From NCBI GenBank assembly GCA_903958625.1, contig CAJBTU010000425.1:1-49347 (forward strand): a stretch of 49,347 nt of DNA, read 5' to 3'. How positions within the stretch are numbered: the stretch's first letter is position 1; every line of letters begins with the position of its first letter. This DNA comes from an uncultured Ignavibacteriota bacterium. GTDB taxonomy: Bacteria > Bacteroidota > Ignavibacteria > UBA10030 > UBA8401. Below, piece after piece: positions 17,731-25,047 of the stretch. The notes under the pieces were generated by a model. The model did not search any database, had not been told where the DNA came from, and saw only the letters and a list, made by a program, of their open reading frames with translations. A program made the translations under genes and the position numbers.

Positions 17731-17841
17731 AGCTGGGAGACCTTCCCGATGTCCCGGCAACGGGACATCGGGAAGGTCAGCGGTTGAATGTTTTTTTGTG
17801 AAATCCCGCTCTGCGGGGTTCGATCCCGCTACGGTCCACAA
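17731..17841 (+). repeat. Degenerate tRNA-Ala copy with palindrome insertions, ending in a 25-bp direct repeat of the tRNA 3' end
   Basis: AGCTGGGAGA + 18-bp GCAA-capped hairpin (17739-17778) + AGCGGTT + insert containing CCCGC-TCT-GCGGG + GGTTCGATCCCGCTACGGTCCACAA (17817-17841, identical to 17458-17482). Confidence 0.85.
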
Positions 17842-17871
17842 CGTTTTGATCATCAAATAAGAACTATTGTT

Positions 17872-17953
17872 AAGGTCAGCGGGTCCCTGCCCGTCCGGCC
17901 TGTAAGGAAATTTAAGGTTTACTTAACCAGGCAGGGATTCCTCATCGGTCGAC
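17872..17953 (+). repeat. Second degenerate tRNA 3'-half copy with an inverted-repeat insertion in the T-loop
   Basis: AGGTCAGCGG-GTC-[CCTGCC...GGCAGG]-GATTCCTCATCGGTCGAC versus tRNA AGGTCAGCGG-TTC-GATCCCGCTACGGTCCAC. Confidence 0.55.
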
Positions 17954-17958
17954 CTTCT

Positions 17959-19119
17959 ATGAGAGTACTTTCGATATCTGCTGCATTTTTTCTTCTTATT
18001 TCTTCGCTCCATTCTCAGGCAATTTCGTACGACACTGTTTCAAGCGAATCCATTGCCAAAGGCGTGACCTATACTTTTTATAAGAGTGCACTCCCGCAGG
18101 AAATTCATGTTGCTGAGATCGACCTCCGAAATCCGCAATTATCCATTGAAAGTGTGCGTCATAACGGATTGGTGACAACATCGGAGGAGGTCCGGAAGAA
18201 TTCGTCGGAGAGAAAAAACGCACTGGTCGCGATCAACGGAGATTTCTTTAGCTTCAAGGATAGCAGCCCGGTGAACAATCAGATAACAGGCTACGTTTCT
18301 GTCACAGGTTACTCATCTCCGCAAAAATCACAATTAGCAATTACTGCCGAAAAAAAACTGCTCATCGACGGATTTACATTTTCGGGAACGGTTCTCACAA
18401 AATCGAAATCGGTATTCACATTTGAACGGCTAAACAGTACGCGAACTCTCTCCGAGATCACATTCTATACCCGGTACCGCGGAACAACGACAAAAACGGA
18501 TTCTGGAGGAGTTGAAATAATTTTAAGACCGGTCAGCAAAAAAATTACTGCGCAAGATACGCTACGTTTTGTCGTTGCATCAGTTTCTACAATATCCGGA
18601 AATTCCCTCATCCCCGAAGGAGGCGGCGTACTATCCTTTGGGAGGTCGGACACTTCATTAAAATTCCTTTCGGCCTTTTCCCGCGGAGATACCGTCAGGA
18701 TCTACATGGATTACAAGCCAAAGACACATCCGGTTGCAACAAAAATTGCGCAGTTGATCGGCGGCTGGGGCAGGTTATTGGATAATGGAAAGAATCTTAC
18801 TGCGATAGCGGACACGAATGAAGGACTGACGGGAAAATTCACGGCTGTTCGGCACCCCAGAACATTTTTAGGAATCAACGCCGACACAACCAAGCTATAT
18901 CTTTGCATCGTCGACGGCCGTCAGGAAAAAAGTGTCGGAATGACATTTCCCGAAATGGCGCACTTCCTTCACTTCATTAATGTCACCAATGCCTTCAACT
19001 TTGATGGGGGCGGATCTTCAACAATGGTCATCCACGGAAAAGTGGTCAATTCACCTTCCGATGCTTCCGGCGAAAGGCCTGTTGCAAATTCTCTGCAGGT
19101 AGTGCAAGTCAATAATTGA
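17959..19119 (+). CDS. Secreted phosphodiester glycosidase (NAGPA-like) family protein
   Basis: AINGDFF, RHPRTFLG, NFDGGGSSTM, ERPVANSL. Start reassigned to ATG 17959, which gives a signal peptide; the track's extension runs through tRNA-derived repeats. Confidence 0.85.
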   Translation: MRVLSISAAFFLLISSLHSQAISYDTVSSESIAKGVTYTFYKSALPQEIHVAEIDLRNPQLSIESVRHNGLVTTSEEVRKNSSERKNALVAINGDFFSFKDSSPVNNQITGYVSVTGYSSPQKSQLAITAEKKLLIDGFTFSGTVLTKSKSVFTFERLNSTRTLSEITFYTRYRGTTTKTDSGGVEIILRPVSKKITAQDTLRFVVASVSTISGNSLIPEGGGVLSFGRSDTSLKFLSAFSRGDTVRIYMDYKPKTHPVATKIAQLIGGWGRLLDNGKNLTAIADTNEGLTGKFTAVRHPRTFLGINADTTKLYLCIVDGRQEKSVGMTFPEMAHFLHFINVTNAFNFDGGGSSTMVIHGKVVNSPSDASGERPVANSLQVVQVNN

Positions 19120-19122
19120 ATC

Positions 19123-21408
19123 TTATCTTAAGAGCAGGGCAAGTTGTGCCGGCCTTTTCTTTTTAGCCGCTTTCCTTTTCTCCGTAACGGACTGCAGATC
19201 GAGTTCTTCCTTCAATACCTCCATTGAGTATCCCAGGGGCTGCAGCAGTGTCTCCGCCGCTTCCAGCACCATCTCGGAGTATTTCTCCGCATCGTAGCCG
19301 TCATCCAACGCATACAACGCCAGCGGTTTCGCTTTCATCGGGTCTTTCTTTCCGGTTGAATCCGTAATGATATACTGAATGCTTTCCCCCGCCATCAATT
19401 GAACGCCCGCTTCCGCAAGAGTCTGCGACACGATGGCGCTGACGCTGTTGTTCTCATATTCAAACGGATCTTTCGAAATGCGGCGCCGGATCACCAGTTC
19501 AAACGGTGAAACATTCCCTTGTTTCAGATCATTGATGTATTGTTTCGTCACTTTCAGCACTTCCGGCACCAGCATGTTCACGCCGGCAATATCATCCGCG
19601 CCGGACAGCACTTTCAGCATCGCTTGCTGCGCTTTCTGAACGTACTTCGGCACATCTTTTCTCCGCACCTCAATTCCCCGTACCTTGAATTCATTGGTAT
19701 CATATTGACCAACATAGCGTGTTGCCGTCGGAATTTCTTCGTCCATTTTTGAGACGGGAAACAATATCCACTTATATATTCCTTCAACGGATATTTTGAT
19801 GCCTGTTCCCTCTTCGATCTTTTTGGCAAGCAAAGCATACTCTTCGTGTGTGGCACCCTGCTTCTTCAGCCAGACACAATCAATGATCGCGTGGATTAGT
19901 TCAAAACCATCCTGCTCGGCGATCTCCTTGGCGCGAAGCAGCGTATCACGTGCAAACGCGTTCACCGATTCATGCGCTTCTATCCTGCCGAGGCGCGATT
20001 TTTTAAAGCCGAGATAACCGAAGCAGGTTACCAGTATCCATTTCAACGCGGATTGTTTATTGTCGTACCTCTTCCGCACTTCTTCCGTTGGCGCATCCGC
20101 TCTCAGTTCCTTATACCGCGCCCGTTTTTTGATGATCGGATCCAATGTTGCCGGGACCAATCCTCTCCGTTTTTCGCAGATGCGGAAACCTATCTCGGGG
20201 ACAAGATGCCGGGAATCAGGACAGCAGGGACAATCCAGCGTTTCGGTGGAGATATTATTGTTTCTCATGATCGTCGGATACATCGAAGCAAAATCCAGTT
20301 CCGCCACCTGTTCGTGATATCCGATCTCCGGCATAAAGTGAAGTCCGCCCCTGTCCGACTTCAACAATGTTGTCAGCGATTTGAACGCCTCCTTGATCGG
20401 ACGCTTGTACGGAACAAGAACATTGTTCCTGTACGTCCACGATATCTGCATGGATGACAATGCTGAACCGATGCTCGTGCGCGCCTGCTGCTGCACACCT
20501 ATCTGCGACATTCGTGCAAGGTCATACAATCCGTCAAGATCCCCCTCATTGATAATGAATGAATTCTCCTTGTCCAGATGCCAGCGGCCGGAGAGGGCGA
20601 ACGTGCCGTCCCTCTGCTTTACTTGTCCATAGGAAAAATAGGTGATCGCTTTTGAGAACATGAATCCTGCACCCGCATCACGGTTAAGATAGAGCGGCAT
20701 GTTCAGTTCCGATGCGGTCTGCTGCAGCATCGGCAGCAATGTTGCATCGCCATACTCGGTCAGAATTACGTCCGGATCGTATTTGTAAAGGTAATAGTTT
20801 ATCTGATTGATCAGTTCCCGCGGCGATTCCTGCTGCAGTACGCTCTTTCTTCCCTCCACTTCTATTTCGATCTCCAGATAACGCTGATACTTCGGCGCCA
20901 GAAGTTTTGCCGAAGGAGAAAGTGTCATAACCGTCAGAGGCGGAACATTATACGTTTCCGCCTCCATTCTTTCAAGCAGATTCCACGACTTCAGAAGACC
21001 GTTCTCTATCGTATATTCTCCGTACGCCAGCGGAAATAACTGTGTCGTATAGTAGAACATCTGCACCGCTTTGATGTCGGCATTGTAGAATTGATAGAAC
21101 TTAAATTGTTTGGAAAGCGTCCTTACAGTCTTTTGAAGCAGGTTGGGATTGTGAACATGTACGGCATAAACGTCAACATCGTTATTGGAGAGCAGATCCA
21201 TCTTCGCCGTCTTTGTCATCGTCACTTGATACGGAAGACGAAGAAGGACTTCGCGAAGCGTGACCGCTTCCTGCTCCGAAATGTGCAGATAGAAGCAGGG
21301 GGCAAAAGGAAATGCTGTCTTATGCCGTTTCCCGTCGGCATCGATGATCCAGACCGTCATCCCGGTATCGTTCACATACGCGTCAAACAGCCATCCTTGC
21401 AGTGTCAT
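19123..21408 (-). CDS. Family B DNA polymerase, archaeal PolB2/Dpo2-like
   Basis: Motif A LDFASMYP, motif B KQSALKWILVTCFGYLG, variant motif C HAIIDCVW, KVRGIEVRRKD, CPCC...C insertion. ATGA overlap with the upstream gene. Confidence 0.88.
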   Translation of the reverse strand: MTLQGWLFDAYVNDTGMTVWIIDADGKRHKTAFPFAPCFYLHISEQEAVTLREVLLRLPYQVTMTKTAKMDLLSNNDVDVYAVHVHNPNLLQKTVRTLSKQFKFYQFYNADIKAVQMFYYTTQLFPLAYGEYTIENGLLKSWNLLERMEAETYNVPPLTVMTLSPSAKLLAPKYQRYLEIEIEVEGRKSVLQQESPRELINQINYYLYKYDPDVILTEYGDATLLPMLQQTASELNMPLYLNRDAGAGFMFSKAITYFSYGQVKQRDGTFALSGRWHLDKENSFIINEGDLDGLYDLARMSQIGVQQQARTSIGSALSSMQISWTYRNNVLVPYKRPIKEAFKSLTTLLKSDRGGLHFMPEIGYHEQVAELDFASMYPTIMRNNNISTETLDCPCCPDSRHLVPEIGFRICEKRRGLVPATLDPIIKKRARYKELRADAPTEEVRKRYDNKQSALKWILVTCFGYLGFKKSRLGRIEAHESVNAFARDTLLRAKEIAEQDGFELIHAIIDCVWLKKQGATHEEYALLAKKIEEGTGIKISVEGIYKWILFPVSKMDEEIPTATRYVGQYDTNEFKVRGIEVRRKDVPKYVQKAQQAMLKVLSGADDIAGVNMLVPEVLKVTKQYINDLKQGNVSPFELVIRRRISKDPFEYENNSVSAIVSQTLAEAGVQLMAGESIQYIITDSTGKKDPMKAKPLALYALDDGYDAEKYSEMVLEAAETLLQPLGYSMEVLKEELDLQSVTEKRKAAKKKRPAQLALLLR

Positions 21409-21665
21409 ATCTCCTCCCCGTAATTTCGTAAGCGTTCTTTCAGTTCGTGGAGTTCTCCAACGAGTTTGACCAGGACGGATAACGTGATCTTATCCATCGT
21501 GATCGGTGTCGTTTGGAACGCGATCGACGGAAGATTCCGTTTAGCAATGCGAAATATCTCATCGAAGTGCTCCTGCTGCTCTTTTCGGAGCGCCCGGCGG
21601 AAGTTTCCCCACCGTTCCCGTTCCTTGTCGATGAGCCTTGTTGCGGTCGCTATCAGTCTTCCCAT
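21405..21665 (-). CDS. 86-aa helical PolB2-associated protein (arCOG07300-like)
   Basis: MGRLIATATRLIDKERERWGNFRRALRKEQQEHFDEIF matches the recalled archaeal MGR...W..FRRALR..D...FD pattern; GAGG upstream of ATG 21665. Confidence 0.75.
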   Translation of the reverse strand: MGRLIATATRLIDKERERWGNFRRALRKEQQEHFDEIFRIAKRNLPSIAFQTTPITMDKITLSVLVKLVGELHELKERLRNYGEEI

Positions 21666-22254
21666 TTCTTCCTCGTCTGGCGGGTGAGTGGTGGTATTCT
21701 TTGTCGATCCTGTAAGTGACATCGCTGATCCCCTTGAATGCGTTGAAATACTCTTCCCGTTCTTTCAATTGAAAATGGAGCGGCGTTGAGACAAGCAGCG
21801 TGGAGATATTCTCCGTTTTCAGTTGATCGAATGTCTGTTTGATCCTTGCAAGGATGTCGTGAATATCCGGAATGGAAACTTGTTCATCGTCGATAAGGTC
21901 CAATAGTCCGAAGACCATCACTGTTTTTGCATTCGTCTTTTTCATGAATGCGGCCAAGCCGTCGGTGATTGCCACATCGACCTGATAGAATGTATAGCAC
22001 CGGCTGATGAATCCCCTCTGCATAAGTTCTTCCGGTTCAAGGCCTGCCGTCTTGAAGATGCCCGCAATAAAGAACGGATCGGTCGTATTCGCCGCATCAA
22101 CGATCACCACCGGTTCTTTCTTGCGCAGAAGTTCAGCGGCAACAAGCATAGCGGTATGATAGATGCCGTAATTGCCATGCAGAAAATTGATCGCCGGCGA
22201 CGATGTTTCCATTGCCAGTTGTATCGTTCTATATGATTGAATGACTGTTTCCAT
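21559..22254 (-). CDS. Inactivated RecA/RadA-superfamily ATPase (ImuA-like role)
   Basis: VVIVDAANTTDP, FISRCYTFYQ and strand-helix pattern of the RecA core; Walker A position reads HGNYGIYH with no GKT. Confidence 0.7.
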   Translation of the reverse strand: METVIQSYRTIQLAMETSSPAINFLHGNYGIYHTAMLVAAELLRKKEPVVIVDAANTTDPFFIAGIFKTAGLEPEELMQRGFISRCYTFYQVDVAITDGLAAFMKKTNAKTVMVFGLLDLIDDEQVSIPDIHDILARIKQTFDQLKTENISTLLVSTPLHFQLKEREEYFNAFKGISDVTYRIDKEYHHSPARRGRNGKTDSDRNKAHRQGTGTVGKLPPGAPKRAAGALR

Positions 22255-22307
22255 AAAGACAAAAGCCCGACAGCGCAGGACTTGTTCGTCCTTTCGCTAT
22301 CGGGCTT
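22254..22307 (-). terminator. Terminator-like hairpin between the leader ORF and the RecA-like gene
   Basis: AAGCCCGATAGCG-AA-AGGAC-GAACAA-GTCCT-G-CGCTGTCGGGCTT, then TTGTCTTT-ATG. Confidence 0.6.
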
Positions 22308-22330
22308 GAAGGTCTCAACACCCGTATACG

Positions 22331-22531
22331 TTAGATCACTTTTCTTAACTTATGCTTCGACCGAAATGAAACTTCTATATCCCCGACAACTTTTCCGGCC
22401 TCGCGCGGGAAATAAATCTGTATGCCGCCGTAATGGTCCTCCGGAGATCTCACGTTCAGGATGTCCAATATTTTATTGAGATACGAGTTGATCTTTTCCC
22501 GCTCTTCTATTGTATAATCACCGCTCGTCAT
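22331..22531 (-). CDS. 66-aa hypothetical leader protein
   Basis: ATG about 65 nt below the predicted promoter; purine-rich upstream sequence (GGAGAACAGGG); helix-then-strands pattern HYGGIQIYF...GKVVGDIEV. Confidence 0.55.
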   Translation of the reverse strand: MTSGDYTIEEREKINSYLNKILDILNVRSPEDHYGGIQIYFPREAGKVVGDIEVSFRSKHKLRKVI

Positions 22532-22581
22532 ATTCGCCCTGTTCTCCAGAATTTCACCGTAGTATTGCCGGTCAATTTTTG

Positions 22582-22632
22582 CTGTATAAATTTACACTGT
22601 ATAAATTTACAGTATTTTGAATAACTTGTCAA
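22582..22632 (-). promoter_or_regulatory. Sigma70 promoter overlapped by tandem SOS-box-like operators
   Basis: -35 TTGACA (22632-22627), N17, -10 TAAATT (22609-22604); 15-bp tandem repeat CTGTATAAATTTACA x2; box 22597-22612 is a perfect CTGT-N8-ACAG. Confidence 0.75.
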
Positions 22633-22750
22633 GTCTTTTTTTTACAAAATAATTTGTTTCAGTGACGATCCGACTGACTGAACAAGGAAAATGTTCGATG
22701 AAATATATTTCCTGAGAAATTTTATTTCATTTCATAGACGTAAAAACATC

Positions 22751-22781
22751 TTTGAAAATCACCGTTTCGTTCGTATATTTG
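22751..22781 (+). promoter_or_regulatory. Promoter of the tRNA-Ser/tRNA-Pro pair
   Basis: TTTG-N19-TATATTTG (Bacteroidota-like), also readable as TTGAAA-N16-TATATT. Confidence 0.5.
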
Positions 22782-22805
22782 GACTGCAATTAAGCAAAAA
22801 TCCAC

Positions 22806-22895
22806 GGAGAGGTGGGTGAGTGGCTTAAACCAGCGGTTTGCTAAACCGCCGTACGGGGTTAACCTGTACCGAGGGTTCAAATCCCTCCTTCTCCG
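22806..22895 (+). tRNA. tRNA-Ser(GCU)
   Basis: GGAGAGG acceptor, GCGGT-TTGCTAA-ACCGC anticodon arm, long variable arm, GGTTCAAATCC. Confidence 0.95.
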
Positions 22896-22906
22896 CAATA
22901 ATTGTT

Positions 22907-22981
22907 CGGGGTGTGGCTCAGCCCGGTTAGAGCGCGTGGTTCGGGACCACGAGGTCGGAGGTTCGAATCCTCTCACCCCGA
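22907..22981 (+). tRNA. tRNA-Pro(CGG)
   Basis: CGGGGTG/CACCCCG acceptor, CGTGG-TTCGGGA-CCACG anticodon arm, GGTTCGAATCC. Confidence 0.95.
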
Positions 22982-22994
22982 CAACTAAAAAAAG

Positions 22995-23020
22995 GGGACG
23001 TTCTTCAACGTCCCTTTTTT
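22995..23020 (+). terminator. Intrinsic terminator after the tRNA pair
   Basis: GGGACGTT-CTTC-AACGTCCC-TTTTTT, A-run on the other side. Confidence 0.85.
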
Positions 23021-23067
23021 ATTTCCCTTCCGGATTCGTATATTTGACACATTAGACAGAGGGCTCT

Positions 23068-24069
23068 ATGAAAAATCTCCGCGTTCTCGTACTCTTCATA
23101 CTTCCATTAATCCTCCCCGCCTGCGTTTCCATCGGTAAATTTGAAGAAATGCAGTCACACCGTGATGCGTTACAGATCTCCGTCGATTCACTGAAAAATG
23201 TCGTCGGATCCATGCAGTCACGGATGGAGAATTTAACGACGGATAATGCTCTTCTGAAAAATCAGAACAGCGAATATCAAAAACAAATCACTGACCTGCA
23301 GCATCAGACCGATACGCTGAAAGACCGCATCCGTACATTGGAGAACGATCTCACGATCGCAAATCAAAATTACGATCAGTCCAAAGCGAAGAATTCAGCC
23401 GAGATAAAAAAACTGCTGACAAATCTTGAGGCATTGCAAAAAGATGTCGCCACGCGCGAACAGAAATTAAAGGATTACGAGGAAGCGCTGGCAGTGCGTG
23501 ATTCCACCCTTGCCGCAATCCAGCGCGATCTGATCGGGCGCGAACAGCGGGTCGGCGACCTCGAGAAACGTCTGGCGGCACGTGATTCCGCATTGAATGC
23601 ATTGAAATCAAAATTGAACGATGCGTTGTTTGGATTTACGAACAGCGGACTGTCGATCACTATCGTAAATGGCCGCGTGTATGTATCGCTCTCCAACCAA
23701 CTGCTCTTTTCAACGGGAAAAACCGACATCGATAAGCACGGTAAAGATGCGCTGCTCGGCCTTGCACGCGTATTGAATACACAGGAAGACCTGAGCATCC
23801 TTGTTGAAGGCCATACGGACAAACAACCGGTCTCCAATCTTGGCGCGATAAAAGATAATTGGGATCTGAGCGTTATGCGTGCGACCGAAGTGGTCCGGTA
23901 TTTGGCGATAGAAGGAAAAGTTGAGCCAAAAAGGATTACGGCATCAGGACGTAGCGAATACTTCCCCATCGATCCCGCAAATTCGTCCGAAGCAAGAGCC
24001 AAGAACCGGCGTACGGAGATCATCCTGATCCCGAAGCTATCCGAGTTGTTTGAAATTTTGGAAAAATAA
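23068..24069 (+). CDS. Coiled-coil lipoprotein with C-terminal OmpA/MotB peptidoglycan-binding domain
   Basis: Lipobox LPAC, long heptad region, VEGHTD, NWDLSVMRA, RAKNRRTEI. Confidence 0.85.
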   Translation: MKNLRVLVLFILPLILPACVSIGKFEEMQSHRDALQISVDSLKNVVGSMQSRMENLTTDNALLKNQNSEYQKQITDLQHQTDTLKDRIRTLENDLTIANQNYDQSKAKNSAEIKKLLTNLEALQKDVATREQKLKDYEEALAVRDSTLAAIQRDLIGREQRVGDLEKRLAARDSALNALKSKLNDALFGFTNSGLSITIVNGRVYVSLSNQLLFSTGKTDIDKHGKDALLGLARVLNTQEDLSILVEGHTDKQPVSNLGAIKDNWDLSVMRATEVVRYLAIEGKVEPKRITASGRSEYFPIDPANSSEARAKNRRTEIILIPKLSELFEILEK

Positions 24070-24072
24070 TCG

Positions 24073-25047
24073 ATGAAACCGCTCATTGATGGAAAAAGCG
24101 TGACAGTTTTCTGTTGCGCTTTTTTATTTCTGTTCTATTCCTGTAGTGCGGTGAAAAATCTTGCCGCGAATGAAATGAATGTATTCTATTCTTTCGATCC
24201 CGAAATCCGCATCATGGTCAATTCGCCAAAAGAGATCGACCAGTCAAAACCTCCCCTGCTGATCGTATACGCCCTGCCGAACGGCAACACCATCGAAATG
24301 ACGGCAGGAAAAAAGATGAAGAGCGGCGACGATTGGCATTACGATATCCAGCATATTGCAGCGCAGACCCGGTTCCTGCGGAATACGCTGAAAGAGTATA
24401 CCATTCATATTGCATACCTGGAATCTGCTCAGAAAAGCTGGCCTTCGTGGAGAAAAAAATACAATGATGGTGAGATCGCTCGGATCGTAAAAAAGGTCCG
24501 GTCTCAGACCGGAAATCCCGTATCGGTCATTCTTTCGGGACACAGCGGAGGCGGAAGTTTCATCACAGGATTCATCAATGCCTATGATACGATTCCGGAT
24601 TATATTTCCCGCATTGCGTATCTTGATGCCAATTACAGTTACGATGACTCATTGGGCCATGGAATGAAACTGCTGCAATGGCTTCGTTCGGATTCAACTC
24701 ATCACTTATCCGTGCTCGCATACGATGACCGTGAAATATCATTGAATGGCAAAAAGGTCGTCTCACCGACCGGCGGAACATACCGCGCAACTCAACGAAT
24801 GGTCAAATATTTTCGTGAAGTGACGGATATTAAATCATTCCAGGATTCAATGATCATTGAATATGAATGCTGGCATCATCGGTCGCGTTTTCTTGTCCAT
24901 TCAAATCCGGATACTCTCATTCTCCACACGGTACTGGTCGAAAAAAACGGATTGATCCATTCTGTATTGTTCAACACGGTGTTCGAAGAGAGGGAATATA
25001 CATTCTTCGGCGATCGTGCATATACAAACTTTATCAGCGGGGAATAA
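24073..25047 (+). CDS. Putative lipoprotein with alpha/beta-hydrolase fold
   Basis: Lipobox-like FYSC; nucleophile elbow LSGHSGGG. Confidence 0.6.
   Translation: MKPLIDGKSVTVFCCAFLFLFYSCSAVKNLAANEMNVFYSFDPEIRIMVNSPKEIDQSKPPLLIVYALPNGNTIEMTAGKKMKSGDDWHYDIQHIAAQTRFLRNTLKEYTIHIAYLESAQKSWPSWRKKYNDGEIARIVKKVRSQTGNPVSVILSGHSGGGSFITGFINAYDTIPDYISRIAYLDANYSYDDSLGHGMKLLQWLRSDSTHHLSVLAYDDREISLNGKKVVSPTGGTYRATQRMVKYFREVTDIKSFQDSMIIEYECWHHRSRFLVHSNPDTLILHTVLVEKNGLIHSVLFNTVFEEREYTFFGDRAYTNFISGE

Noticed and set aside
17788-17958. N-terminal extension of the NAGPA-like ORF
   Set aside because: It runs through tRNA-derived repeats; ATG 17959 gives a normal signal peptide.
22722-23055. ORFs overlapping tRNA-Ser and tRNA-Pro
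   Set aside because: These are translations of tRNA genes.
23068-24069. Flagellar stator MotB
   Set aside because: It has a lipoprotein signal rather than a TM helix with the conserved Asp, and there are no motA or flagellar genes nearby.
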